NCBI GenBank assembly: GCA_963775465.1
Contig: CAVZIW010000003.1
Location: 288,001-352,000 of the forward strand
Reading direction: 5' to 3'
From: Candidatus Bathyarchaeota archaeon
GTDB lineage: Archaea; Thermoproteota; Bathyarchaeia; Bathyarchaeales; Bathycorpusculaceae
Length of the DNA: 64,000 nt
Both the position numbers and the translations under genes were made by a program. Position 1 is the first letter of the stretch, and each line of letters starts with the position of its first letter. The notes under the pieces are model-generated. The model had not been told where the DNA came from. It worked only from the letters and a program-made list of their open reading frames with translations, and ran no database searches. This document shows positions 9,866-20,112 of the stretch, in pieces.

Positions 9866-11890
9866 TCAAGGGATAATTGGTTTTTTGATTGAAGGTGGAA
9901 TTATCTCCATTATTTCGTCTCTCCCTAGATAGCCCTCGGTTCCAGCTCCCGAATATTTAGATTTAGGGTGTATGAATGTGACAAATGCATCAAATCCGTT
10001 TGTGTCTATTTTGAAGTTATAACCCGAAGGGAGTGTTGCAACATAAGACCCTGTTCTTAGATTACCATAGCCTTCAATAATAATGCAAGCAGGCGGAACC
10101 ACATATTTCCCTATTAGAGGTATGGGAATAGACCAAGCAGAAAACATTGCGTTACCATGAACCCTTACTTCAAATTTATTGTGATCAACAAGTCTGATGT
10201 TGTCTTGTGCTGGAGTTCCCTTGAACCAAATCTTATATGCTTCATGCGACCTCTTATTATCCCCCATAACAACTACGGGTACAAAAGTGGAACCCTGATG
10301 AGTCTTCATCCATACAGACACTGATACCAAGTCCTCTCTTCCAAGTGATGATTTCTTTTCAACATGATAAAAGTGGAAAAGCATCTTAGGGAGATTAAAG
10401 TAGTCAGGTGGGTGAATTAATGCATGTCCAGTACTTTGGTAAGCCCTTACAACATCCTTTGTAATATCTTTAACTGGGTATTCTTTTGCATTTATGAACT
10501 CCATTATAATGTCTTTATCATTTTTTAATCCGAGTGATTTCTCTTCACTCTTTCCTATTGAATTTCTGTATACATTATAGGTTTTTTCATCCACATTTGG
10601 TACTATTGAAGGGGGAGAAGGACCTAAAAATTGTGTTAGCGGTGAATTTGATGGTGGGCTTGCAGTTCTCCATGTATTTACAAAGGTTCTAATAGTCTTA
10701 TTTTCATAATCATGATCTCCGACAAGAAAGAAACTATCTGATTCTGAAAAATCGGCATTCTGTTGATAAAGGTATTTTCTATCCACAATAATTGAAGGAA
10801 AATAACCATATGAAACGTGCTTCACTTTACAAAATTCCAGAAACTTTTTTGAAAGATGCAAGTTTTCATTTGTAATTGGAGCCATTATTTTTATTGAAAT
10901 CCCTAAATCGGAAAGCTTCTGAAGATTATTTTCAGGAAGTGCCTCCAATCCTTCCGAGGAAGTCACAATAATTAGCTCTTTCTTAGCTGAATTGAACACT
11001 CTGTCAATCTTCTTTTTTGTTATAACCAAGTGTGGATCAATTTTGTTCGAAATGCCACTAATTTTCAAATCATCTATCTTTTGTGAAAGCTTTATCGAGT
11101 TTTGCCAAAGGTTTTCAAAAACAATAAAAAATGCGTTGATGATTGATTTAGAGTTCGTGCAAAGACAAGTTAATTCTTTTGAAATCACTTCGTCTGGGTT
11201 AGAAAGAAATATAATAATTTCATTTTTATCTTGAATCGCCATTCTAGAAAATGAAGGAAATCTCATTCTGGGATCTATTCCTCTTAAATCAAGTCGACAG
11301 TCTAATTTTGATTTGAGGATTTTATATAATTTCAAGTTCTGCATTGACAACTGTGTGAGCACTCGAAATTGAGTATTAGATTTTATTGGATGACTATTTG
11401 CGTAATCAAAGACTTCAGACCGTTCAGCTTTAAGTAAATCGGAAACAGTGAATGTTATTAAGAATTGATTATTAGCATCCTTTATCATCTGGGATATCTT
11501 TTGGAATATCTTTTTTTCTCCCTTAATCACGGAAAACTTTTCGATTGAAGATTCAAGTTCAGTTTGGCTGATCGCATTCCAATCATAAAGAAGATCTTTT
11601 TTAGTTTCTTCAATTTGGGTAACCTCTTCCTTTTTGGACCTGATAAATGAATCAATTACTTTCTCAAGAGGTATTGCAGCAAAACGAGCAGGTGATTCAA
11701 GAACAATTTCGATTAGTCCCTTCTTTTGAAGGCTCTTTAAGCTTCGATAGACTTGACCTCTGTTCATTTTCAAATATTCGGTTATTATTCCAAGTTTGAC
11801 GGCTCCTTTCTTTCCAAGAAACAGATATATCTCAGCTTCCTTTTCTGAAACACCAAATTTCTTTAATGTCTCCTGGAGAGTGCTCTTCAA
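9866..11890 (-). CDS. Large TrmB-family transcriptional regulator
   Basis: N-terminal TrmB wHTH (LKKFGVSEKEAEIYLFL...VYRSLKSLQKKGLIE...PARFAAIP), two TrmB effector-like modules and an extra C-terminal domain. Confidence 0.82.
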   Translation of the reverse strand: MKSTLQETLKKFGVSEKEAEIYLFLGKKGAVKLGIITEYLKMNRGQVYRSLKSLQKKGLIEIVLESPARFAAIPLEKVIDSFIRSKKEEVTQIEETKKDLLYDWNAISQTELESSIEKFSVIKGEKKIFQKISQMIKDANNQFLITFTVSDLLKAERSEVFDYANSHPIKSNTQFRVLTQLSMQNLKLYKILKSKLDCRLDLRGIDPRMRFPSFSRMAIQDKNEIIIFLSNPDEVISKELTCLCTNSKSIINAFFIVFENLWQNSIKLSQKIDDLKISGISNKIDPHLVITKKKIDRVFNSAKKELIIVTSSEGLEALPENNLQKLSDLGISIKIMAPITNENLHLSKKFLEFCKVKHVSYGYFPSIIVDRKYLYQQNADFSESDSFFLVGDHDYENKTIRTFVNTWRTASPPSNSPLTQFLGPSPPSIVPNVDEKTYNVYRNSIGKSEEKSLGLKNDKDIIMEFINAKEYPVKDITKDVVRAYQSTGHALIHPPDYFNLPKMLFHFYHVEKKSSLGREDLVSVSVWMKTHQGSTFVPVVVMGDNKRSHEAYKIWFKGTPAQDNIRLVDHNKFEVRVHGNAMFSAWSIPIPLIGKYVVPPACIIIEGYGNLRTGSYVATLPSGYNFKIDTNGFDAFVTFIHPKSKYSGAGTEGYLGRDEIMEIIPPSIKKPIIP

Positions 11891-12022
11891 TTTTTCTCAC
11901 TTAATTTACTTAAGTGATGGTTGTACAAGCAACCAACCCAATTTTAAATACAATTAGTATCTTAACAATTTTTCGATGATAAGAATTGAATTTCTGTTAG
12001 AATCGTCAAAGGAGGTGAAAAA

Positions 12023-13024
12023 ATGAAAAGGAAAAATTTGATATCTGTCATTGCTTTATTGGCAATAATATTGCTTGTATCACCATTTTTTGGAACAGTA
12101 GAGGCATGCAAGTGTAATAAATCTAAACTGTATCGTTACTATCCTAATATAGCAATAACTGATATGGGATCCTATTCCGAATACGTTGGGACTCTTGGTG
12201 GGGCAAGCTTTGTAATTCGCATTCCTGTTGAGTGGAATGGCATGTTAGTTGTTGGGTGTCATGGTTACATTAGCACTGAATCTTTCCCACCGAATGCACA
12301 GTTTAAACTTGACCAATTTGTTGATATTGAAAGTGATAGTTTAGTCTTTAGCCTAATTGAACGAGGATTTGCTTATGCGGCATCAAGTTATGGAAGCGGA
12401 GGCTTCAACATTAAAGAAGCTATGATACGCACCCACCAATTGACAAAGTATGTCATAGACAATTTCGGTGTAACTGGAAAAGTAATTCTTGTCGGGCACT
12501 CCGAAGGAGGATGCGTTTCTTTGCTTCTAGGAGAGAAATATCCAAACCTATACACTGGTGTGCTTGATATTTACGGATTAAAAGACAATATTGCTGCCTA
12601 TGAGTGGGGAACGCTTTGGGCAAGTCATACGGTTGCAGAACTAAGAGTAATGTTGGGTATTCCCAACCCTCCAATAGGACCAGATGATGCCACTCTACTT
12701 TTCCTGCAGACTTTCTTAACTGATTTAGCACATGAAATGGAAACTGAGTTTAAGGGTAATCCTGAAGAACGACCTGAAGCATGGGCAAGATACTCGCCTA
12801 TGTGTCATGCAGACATAAAAATTCCTGTGATATCTATAAACCAACCTTTCGATTTGCTAGTCTCAATAACACAAATAGAAAATTATGCAACTGCTGTTAC
12901 AGCCGCTGGCAGTTCAGAATATCTCAAGACATATATTGACTATGGCGTTCACTTGGTTGCTCCAGATGATCAACTAGTTTTAGATTATGTAAATGAATTA
13001 GTAAATTATCCTAGCGAATGGTAA
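12023..13024 (+). CDS. Secreted alpha/beta hydrolase
   Basis: Signal peptide, HG oxyanion motif, GHSEGG nucleophile elbow; Shine-Dalgarno GGAGGTGA upstream. Confidence 0.85.
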   Translation: MKRKNLISVIALLAIILLVSPFFGTVEACKCNKSKLYRYYPNIAITDMGSYSEYVGTLGGASFVIRIPVEWNGMLVVGCHGYISTESFPPNAQFKLDQFVDIESDSLVFSLIERGFAYAASSYGSGGFNIKEAMIRTHQLTKYVIDNFGVTGKVILVGHSEGGCVSLLLGEKYPNLYTGVLDIYGLKDNIAAYEWGTLWASHTVAELRVMLGIPNPPIGPDDATLLFLQTFLTDLAHEMETEFKGNPEERPEAWARYSPMCHADIKIPVISINQPFDLLVSITQIENYATAVTAAGSSEYLKTYIDYGVHLVAPDDQLVLDYVNELVNYPSEW

Positions 13025-13221
13025 AGCAATAAGTACAAAAGATTTAGATCTTCAATCTCCTTTTTTCTTTAACACCAAATTTGGGAAAAGCGAGAACGAA
13101 ATCCAAAACGTATTCAAAGAATTACAGAAATTACTAAACTCATAAGACCATTCTATAGATGAAGACTGCCCTAGCATCAACTCCTTTTATATTATATCTT
13201 ACAGTGACTTGATTGCTCTAT

Positions 13222-13392
13222 CCCGTATACTCGATTCCGTATATACTATCTCTATATGATTAATCTGCTATGTATTCTAAACCCTGTCTACTGCTAAGAA
13301 TGCCTTAGCTGCCTAGCCAGGTTGGTTGGTGGATTAAATTTTAATGCCCTCTCTCTCTACTTGGTACTAAAATTTAATCAAACCAACCAATG
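13222..13392 (-). repeat. Dispersed non-coding repeat, copy 3, with long inverted repeat
   Basis: CGTATACTCGATTC...GGTGGATTAAATTTTAATG..CTCTCTCT shared with copy 2; TTGGTTGGTGGATTAAATTTTAAT / ACTAAAATTTAATCAAACCAACCAA form an imperfect inverted repeat. Confidence 0.8.
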
Positions 13393-13457
13393 CCAAAAGT
13401 GGGTCTTGCAGGGGTTTCTTCTAAAATAACTTAAGCAACCTGTGTAGCTCTATTCTC

Positions 13458-13682
13458 ATGAGATATTACAGTGAGCGTGTTATCTTATACTCTTATTTAA
13501 TTGCGGTTTTGATTGCGGTAGTTTTGCTTGTGAGTTTGTTTGTGTTGAAGATTCTTTTTCCTGAATGGGGTTTTACCCCCAAGGTAATTCTTTTCGGAAC
13601 AATCGTGGCTACGTTAGCCGTCGCGGTTATTCTAATCATATATAGAAGGAAGAAATATGTTGAGTATTTGCTTAACGGTTAA
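13458..13682 (+). CDS. Small two-TM membrane protein
   Basis: Two hydrophobic helices and basic tail. Confidence 0.6.
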   Translation: MRYYSERVILYSYLIAVLIAVVLLVSLFVLKILFPEWGFTPKVILFGTIVATLAVAVILIIYRRKKYVEYLLNG

Positions 13683-13878
13683 ATCTTTACCAAAAATTAA
13701 GTCTGACCGAAATTTTCCTTAAAAATCTGGCAAACAATAAAACAAGCCTCGAAGATTCCTCAATGCTGAAGGATTTTAGCTGACACCAGAAGAGATGCAG
13801 ACCTATTCAGTTTGTTATAGAGGCACCTAACAAAAGCTATTTTAGTTTGAAAATACCACTTTTATTTGAGCTATTTTT

Positions 13879-14520
13879 ATGTTTAAAAAGGTTGCAGCTC
13901 TTGCAGTTTTGCTTGTTATTTTGCTAATCCCTTTGGTTGAGGCAGACATTTCTGTTGGTGTCAAACCAGGTGACTGGATGGAGTACTCCGTCAGCACAAC
14001 TGGTACCCCTCCAGAAGCACATGATGTAACTTGGGCAAGAATGGAAATTATGGACGTTGAAGGGTCAGTGTTGCATGCCAACATAACTGTTATTAACGTC
14101 AATGGAGAGGTATCGAGCTCAATTAGGACCTTTAATTTTACTGCAGGACAAGTTCAAGCATGGATAATTATCCCCTCAAACCTTAATCCAGGCGACACAT
14201 TCTACGACGCATCCATACCTGGAGATGTAACGATTCAAGGGCAAGAACAAAAAACCGTGGCAGGCGCAACTCGAACAATCACTTACGCAAGCGACCCAGA
14301 CAAGTACAAAGAGTGGGACAAAGCAACAGGCATGTACACTGAAACAATGGACAACCTAGAAAACTATACTATAAACGCATATGCAACAGCTACTAACATG
14401 TGGGCTCCTCAAATCTTAGGATTGGACCAAACCGTCTTCTACGCAATTGTCACATTGGTCGTTGCAGTGATCGTGGTGGCTGTTTTAGTGTTAGTTGTTT
14501 TTCGAAGAAAACGCAAGTGA
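13879..14520 (+). CDS. Secreted protein with C-terminal TM anchor; paralog of 14559-15248
   Basis: Signal peptide, VGVKPGDWMEY motif, WDKATG, TM followed by RRKRK. Confidence 0.8.
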   Translation: MFKKVAALAVLLVILLIPLVEADISVGVKPGDWMEYSVSTTGTPPEAHDVTWARMEIMDVEGSVLHANITVINVNGEVSSSIRTFNFTAGQVQAWIIIPSNLNPGDTFYDASIPGDVTIQGQEQKTVAGATRTITYASDPDKYKEWDKATGMYTETMDNLENYTINAYATATNMWAPQILGLDQTVFYAIVTLVVAVIVVAVLVLVVFRRKRK

Positions 14521-14558
14521 CTAATCACTAAAAGGCAGTCTTGATCAGCATCTAATGT

Positions 14559-15248
14559 ATGAGTAAAATCGGGAAGGAAATGGAAAAAATACTAAGAAAC
14601 AGATTTTTTCTTGGTTTCCTAATTGCCATTTTAATCGGTCTCCTATCTGCAAGCGTTGCCCAAGGAGAAATCTCAGTTGGCGTAAGCAGAGGAGATTGGA
14701 TAGAATATAAAGTAACCACAACAGGGAACCCTCCCGAGCAATTCAACGTGACATGGGCTAAAATGCAGATCGTAAAAGTTGACGGCTCAATAATTGAAAC
14801 CAACATCACCACAAGAGCAACCAACGGAACAATATCAAGTCTAACAATGACTCTTAACTTGGAAAAAGGAGAAGTTGGAGCATGGTTTATCATTCCACCC
14901 AACCTCAAGCCGGAAGATTCCTTCCTTGATTCCACGGGTCAACACGTAATAATCCAAGGCGAGCAACAATTAATCTGGGCAGGAGATAAAAGGGCAATAA
15001 CAAACGCTACAACATCTCAGAGAATTAAGCATTGGGATAAATCAACAGGCGTTTTTGTTGAATGCATCGATGTCTTCGATAGTTATTCTATTAACGCAAC
15101 AGCGATTAAGACAAATATGTGGGGAAATCAGGAAGCGACTGGTTCACTCCTCATAAATCCAGAAGGCCTATTTGTTATATTAGCAATAAGCTTAACAATA
15201 GTGGGCGTTGGTATTCTAGGGTGGAGAGCAAGAAAAGAAATTTTGTGA
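14559..15248 (+). CDS. Secreted protein with C-terminal TM anchor; paralog of 13879-14520
   Basis: VGVSRGDWIEY, WDKSTG, TNMW blocks shared with the neighbouring gene. Confidence 0.8.
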   Translation: MSKIGKEMEKILRNRFFLGFLIAILIGLLSASVAQGEISVGVSRGDWIEYKVTTTGNPPEQFNVTWAKMQIVKVDGSIIETNITTRATNGTISSLTMTLNLEKGEVGAWFIIPPNLKPEDSFLDSTGQHVIIQGEQQLIWAGDKRAITNATTSQRIKHWDKSTGVFVECIDVFDSYSINATAIKTNMWGNQEATGSLLINPEGLFVILAISLTIVGVGILGWRARKEIL

Positions 15249-15471
15249 ATTGATAAAAAGAAATACGTCTTCTTTAGATTAGCAGTTTAAGAAACTAGGA
15301 TTGCAAGGACAGGAGTAGACGAGGAGGTTTTTCGGGTCTATTTTTCATAGTGACCAGAAGAGTTTTTTCCAACTTTTTTCGCTTGCAGTACCAACGTTGT
15401 ATTGTGGAGTTTTCTTATTACTCAGTCGCAGTCGCAAATTAACGGGATAAACGGAAACAATATACGTTGGA

Positions 15472-15753
15472 GTGCTAGCAAGCCTCGACTTATCAGATGG
15501 AAATATTCTACACACGACAAATATCCAAAGAAACTGTTCCATAGGCGATTATTTGTCACCAAAACCCGTCCTCGGCTTATCTACACTAGAAAACACCGCT
15601 TATCTAACTGCGCAAACTGACCTTTGGATCATCAACCAAGAAAATGGAAAAATAATACAAAATCAAGACTACGATTACACCACCATTTCTCCATTGCTAG
15701 CAAACAACAAAGTGTTAGTAGCAACGGACCTTTACCTAACAGCCTACGATTAA
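15472..15753 (+). pseudogene. C-terminal fragment of a PQQ-like beta-propeller protein
   Basis: LDLSDGNI / INQENGKII / SPLLANNKVLVA blade-like motifs; no plausible N-terminus. Confidence 0.45.
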
Positions 15754-15971
15754 CCCAGGCATTGCATTGACACGTGCTTGTTTAAACTAAAATCTAAAAG
15801 ATAAGTTTGATAAACTTAACATTATCTGTTGCCGTTTCTGATCTTGACGGCACTGACTGCTCAAGTACCTATCCCGTGCATAACGTGGGAAACAGACTAT
15901 TGAGAGAAGAAATTTGGCATAGCAAACAAGACTTGAGATATTAGCATTTGTTGATTATTGCCGTATTTGTT

Positions 15972-16451
15972 TTACTTTATAGATATGGGATCTTGAAAGT
16001 TCAGAGTTGAGTTTTTCCATTTTATTTTTTGTAGAACTACAAGTTCCTTATCATGGGTGTACATCTGTGTCAGTTTGTTGGCTAAGAAATTAGCTGCAAT
16101 CAAGCCATCTCTTCCTCCAAGTTTATAATGCTCAGATAAACTTAGGGCTATTTGGGAAATATTTTTTGTTTGGCTAAAAAATTCTACGTATGGGTTTTTG
16201 AGCAGTATCCTTAGGGCGCCTGAAGCATCTTGGGGTAGCCATTTTTGCGAGTAAACAAGCACATGAAATGCTTCATGGATTATTGTTGGGTTTACAGCTA
16301 TTCGATTTTCCGAAGAAAGTTTTAGCAATAACTCTTTTGTTTTTTTGTGTTCAAGGTAGGCGTCGTCGAGGGCATAACACAGGATGTTTGCATCCAAGCC
16401 CACAATCACTGGGGTTTGCTCCAAATAGACTTCATCTTTTCTGTAGACCAA
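15972..16451 (-). CDS. vapC: PIN-domain toxin (VapC family)
   Basis: LDANILCY, HE, RDGLIAA, THDKEL acidic PIN motifs; overlaps the upstream AbrB gene. Confidence 0.85.
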   Translation of the reverse strand: MVYRKDEVYLEQTPVIVGLDANILCYALDDAYLEHKKTKELLLKLSSENRIAVNPTIIHEAFHVLVYSQKWLPQDASGALRILLKNPYVEFFSQTKNISQIALSLSEHYKLGGRDGLIAANFLANKLTQMYTHDKELVVLQKIKWKNSTLNFQDPISIK

Positions 16452-16651
16452 TTCTCAGGTTTCCCTGTGCGACGATGCTTAGATGTTATTATTTTATGCA
16501 ACTCTTCAATAGCATCTTTTTGTTTGCCTGGGAGTAAGAGGTAGCCAGCGCTTGTTTTTTTCAGGGTTGCGGTGTCTCCGATCTGTTCTCGTATTCCTGT
16601 AGGTATGCAGATTCTTCCTTTTGAATCAACTTTAAGGTTTACCTCCTCCAT
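16406..16651 (-). CDS. AbrB/MazE/SpoVT-family antitoxin
   Basis: KVDSKGRICIPTGIREQIG; start reassigned to the ATG at 16651. Confidence 0.85.
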   Translation of the reverse strand: MEEVNLKVDSKGRICIPTGIREQIGDTATLKKTSAGYLLLPGKQKDAIEELHKIITSKHRRTGKPENWSTEKMKSIWSKPQ

Positions 16652-16999
16652 AATTCCCACAACAATTAGTGGGATGATCATGCATTTAAACTTAATTAAA
16701 AGACAGACCAAATCCAATAAACACATTAAAACATGATCATAAGCACATGGATAGTTGCGGTTTAAAAAAAGCTAAAGTAGCATTCCTGAAATACTCGGGC
16801 TTAACAGCTAAACAGTTTACTCCTCCATACTTACAGGGTCACCTCATTGAATCAACTGGTTTATTGGTTTACCGCAAAAAAAACAAACGCTAAATTTTTT
16901 ATTTTGCGATGATACAAATTTCGAAGTTGTAATGGGAATGGTAAAGCTCCTCCAAGTCAAAAGACAAAGCTTAAAACTTAAACGAACAAATAGAAAAAC

Positions 17000-17413
17000 A
17001 TGTCAGAAAACCAGCCAGAACAACCCAAAAAGCGTGACGGGGGGCTAGCTTTTTGGCTTATAATAATTCTGCTTGGAAATACTATGTTTCTGCTTTCTCA
17101 AGTACCTAGTATGCGTTTCCTTTTTTTCCCCTTGGGAACAATTCTTCTCTCTATTTTCGATGTTCTCTCTACTGGTGGTCTTCCGCTTTGGTCAATACCG
17201 CTTTTTATCATTTACTCAATAATTAGCACTTGCTCAATCATAGCAGTTTTCATGTGGAGAAAACTCGGATTTTACGCAATATGCCTAACCGCTTTTGCTG
17301 GATTCATAACTAGTATAATTGCTGGAATTTTAACACTCGCCATAATAGTTAATTCTGCAAGTATTGTTATATTGAGCATACTATTGCGCACAGAATGGAA
17401 GCTGTTCCGATAA
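17000..17413 (+). CDS. Multi-TM membrane protein
   Basis: Four hydrophobic segments, W(R)KLGFY motif. Confidence 0.65.
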   Translation: MSENQPEQPKKRDGGLAFWLIIILLGNTMFLLSQVPSMRFLFFPLGTILLSIFDVLSTGGLPLWSIPLFIIYSIISTCSIIAVFMWRKLGFYAICLTAFAGFITSIIAGILTLAIIVNSASIVILSILLRTEWKLFR

Positions 17414-17564
17414 CAGAATAAACAAAAAGAATTGCCGTTTTTCTTAAAAATTAATACTCTCTTTTGTTTGACTCGTTAGTTCGACTTTGGCTTTTCATGT
17501 TAAAAACATTAGTTTTCTTGGCTTTTGGATGTTTACACACGTTTTTCGAAGGCTTTATGGTTGA

Positions 17565-17595
17565 AATTAAATTTTAATCTTTTTCCCTCAAACTA
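17565..17595 (+). repeat. Short remnant of the dispersed repeat (palindromic core)
   Basis: AATTAAATTTTAATC...CTCAAACTA, as in copies 1 and 4. Confidence 0.45.
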
Positions 17596-17612
17596 TAAAA
17601 CGTTGCAAGATC

Positions 17613-19103
17613 TCACTTTTTATGTTTTCTGAAGTGGAACAGGATAGCAGTTCCGATAACGGCGATAGTGATTATTATTATAATTATTATTCGAAAGTCC
17701 ATGATTGGAGACTGCTCTGCAACCGTGTTTGTGTTCAAATTTACTGTTACATGATGTGTGCTATGAACATAGTTGAAACTAAGCAGCCAATAATCGTCAC
17801 TAGAAGTTATGACAACAGCAAGTTGCTCACCGTCTAGGTATACTCTGACGTTTTGAATGCTCGCAACAAGGCTCTTGGCTATTGTAACTTTAACATAGCC
17901 GGCTGTTCCTTGTGATCCATTGACTGTGAAGCTCAACTCGGAGTTTGTGCTATTAAAGAATAATTCTGTAACTGTGCTGTTTGATTCGACAAAGAAGAAG
18001 CTTTGGTTTGGGACTGGAATTTGAGTGGGCTCCAGGGTGGGGGTTAGAGGTGGTGTGGGGGTTGGCGTTGGCAATTGTGTTAATTTTTCGGCGGGCGGCA
18101 TTGCTTGAGGGTTTTCTTGTGTCAGGAATGGGATGTAAGTCACGTTTCCTAGATTGAAGTCTTTTTTGAAGTCGAGTATTGATTGATTGATGCTGTTTTC
18201 GTCGGTTGTTCCCCAATAGTTATGGCTGGCGTTGATGTTGCCTTTAATATCGACTAGGCGGAAATTGTAATTTTTGCTTCCATAGATGTTGTTGTTTGAA
18301 ATTGTGGGTGAAGGGTTACCTCCTCCGGCAATGCAGATTGCCTCAGTATTGTTGGCGATGGTGTTGTTTTTGATAATTGGGTTAAATATGCCTGATGAGC
18401 TTGGAATTATTATGCCATATCCGTTGTTGACGATAAGGTTGTTCTCGATTGAGGGAGCGCAATTGTGTCCACCGACGTATATTGCCTGACTCGTGTCAAA
18501 AAAAATATTCCCAATTATTGTCTCGTTTGAATTGTAAAGAACGATGCCGTCTCCTCCTTTAAAAAAGTTGTATGAAATCAGCGGTGAACCTCCAAAGGTT
18601 GATATTCTGCAGTTAAATGTGCTGTTGCTAATTTTGGGAGAGGACTCATCGATTTGTATGTTAGAGCGATCAAAAATGGCGTTTTCGATTATGCTGCCAC
18701 TGTTTGTTGCTTGGTTCCAGTCATCGCTTGAATTGGTGAAAAGTATTGCGGATCCTGTTGAGGAAGAACTTGATCCCTCACTAAAGACAATTGGTGCATC
18801 TGTTTTACCCTTAGCGACTAAGGTGCCATTAACTTGTATGTAGTTGTTACCCAGATTTATTGTGACTCCTTCTTCAATAGTTAGAGTTGCTCCATTAATT
18901 ATGGCTACTGCGCCGGTAAGAGTGTATGGGCTATTTGTTTTGGTCCAAGTTGTATTTTGGCTTATTATACCCTTTACATTGATGCCGTTTTGGGCTAATC
19001 CTAATGGGATCAAATCAAATAGTATCAAACTTGATGTTACCATGATTAAAGTTAAGATTAATACGGAGTTTTTGCTGATTTTGCCCATGCCTACAATTAG
19101 CAT
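17613..19103 (-). CDS. Cell-surface right-handed beta-helix (NosD/pectin-lyase-like) protein with C-terminal anchor
   Basis: Signal peptide, WTKTNSPY, NNTIANN repeats, NYWGTT, PTPT linker, VESNSTV domain, TM followed by basic tail. Confidence 0.82.
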   Translation of the reverse strand: MLIVGMGKISKNSVLILTLIMVTSSLILFDLIPLGLAQNGINVKGIISQNTTWTKTNSPYTLTGAVAIINGATLTIEEGVTINLGNNYIQVNGTLVAKGKTDAPIVFSEGSSSSSTGSAILFTNSSDDWNQATNSGSIIENAIFDRSNIQIDESSPKISNSTFNCRISTFGGSPLISYNFFKGGDGIVLYNSNETIIGNIFFDTSQAIYVGGHNCAPSIENNLIVNNGYGIIIPSSSGIFNPIIKNNTIANNTEAICIAGGGNPSPTISNNNIYGSKNYNFRLVDIKGNINASHNYWGTTDENSINQSILDFKKDFNLGNVTYIPFLTQENPQAMPPAEKLTQLPTPTPTPPLTPTLEPTQIPVPNQSFFFVESNSTVTELFFNSTNSELSFTVNGSQGTAGYVKVTIAKSLVASIQNVRVYLDGEQLAVVITSSDDYWLLSFNYVHSTHHVTVNLNTNTVAEQSPIMDFRIIIIIIITIAVIGTAILFHFRKHKK

Positions 19104-19125
19104 ATCAACTCGATAAAAACCTATT

Positions 19126-19168
19126 CGTAAAGGATGCTTGACTATGATTAGTAGATTTTTCTTGACAA
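19126..19168 (-). promoter_or_regulatory. Tandem GTCAA-N6-TTGAC-like boxes
   Basis: Minus strand TTGTCAAGAAAAATCTAC and TAGTCAAGCATCCTTTACG upstream of the 17613-19103 gene. Confidence 0.45.
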
Positions 19169-19199
19169 AGTGATTTTAGAGTTTGACACCGTGACTGAG

Positions 19200-19332
19200 T
19201 CAGACAGGGTTGACAGACAGACATTATATATTCACGGGGGCGTGCGTGTGAATAAGAGTAAACACACGTACATAGTAGCAAGAGAGAGAAAAAGATTAAA
19301 ATTTAATCTTTTTTTTCTCTCTCGAACTCAAA
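19200..19332 (+). repeat. Dispersed non-coding repeat, copy 4
   Basis: TTCACGGGGGCGTGCGTGTGAATAAGAGTAAA from 19231; hairpin GAGAGAGAAAAAGATTAAA-A-TTTAATCTTTTTTTTCTCTCTC at about 19282-19323. Confidence 0.85.
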
Positions 19333-19443
19333 CGCGTTACGGCTATTCACTGCCACTCACCCACTGTCTCCCTGCCAGTTTCACTCTGTCGACCAAATAG
19401 GCATTTGCGTTTCTTGAAGAAGCCAGACGGAATCATCGCAATA

Positions 19444-20037
19444 TCACAATGATAATTTTTGCGTATCCAGAACGGTCTTGTCCATCATTAATGTAACAGC
19501 AATACTCTTTCCGACGCTGGTATAAACAGAATAGCCAGTATTAACCCCCACAGTTATAACCTGTGACTCTTGAGGGTTAAGGACACCAAGCACTGGTCTC
19601 TCAAGATAAACATCAAAGCCATCCTGGTCTGCAACTTTGCCATTAGTCAAGATTTTGAAATCGATGGTCAAACCTCCAACATCTCTGTCACCTAAGTTCT
19701 TAACCGTAATGTAGAATTCCTTCGATAAAGTCACCCCAACTAGATTCATCCAAGACGTTGAAGAAACATTTGACATTGTCACATTATAATTTGGATTTTG
19801 GAGGCCATATAGTTTGGCTTCAAGAGTACTCACCTGGGTCTGGATTGCGCCAGTTAGGGTCTCATAGTATTCTATCTGTTCTTGAAGGTAAAAAATCTGG
19901 TTTTGGGAATCACCTAACTGCCTCTGAAAAATCCATGTGGAAAAAACCAGAGTAGATATTACAATTAACAGCATAGAGAAAACAAATATTTTACGCACTG
20001 GAATCCGCCTGTGTTTAACGATAACTGAAGAATTCAT
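19444..20037 (-). CDS. Membrane-anchored coiled-coil plus Ig-like protein; paralog of 20113-20696
   Basis: TM, coiled coil YYETLTG.IQT...LEA.LY.LQNP, NLGDRDVGG. Confidence 0.75.
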   Translation of the reverse strand: MNSSVIVKHRRIPVRKIFVFSMLLIVISTLVFSTWIFQRQLGDSQNQIFYLQEQIEYYETLTGAIQTQVSTLEAKLYGLQNPNYNVTMSNVSSTSWMNLVGVTLSKEFYITVKNLGDRDVGGLTIDFKILTNGKVADQDGFDVYLERPVLGVLNPQESQVITVGVNTGYSVYTSVGKSIAVTLMMDKTVLDTQKLSL

Positions 20038-20112
20038 TTTACCCCACCCTGGAAAAAACTACTACAAGAAACTTGCGCAACCGAAAAAATGATTTTATAC
20101 TCCATAATCTCC

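Noticed and set aside
8500-19332. CRISPR array or integron assignment for the dispersed repeats
   Set aside because: No regular repeat-spacer periodicity, no cas or integrase gene in the window, and mixed orientations
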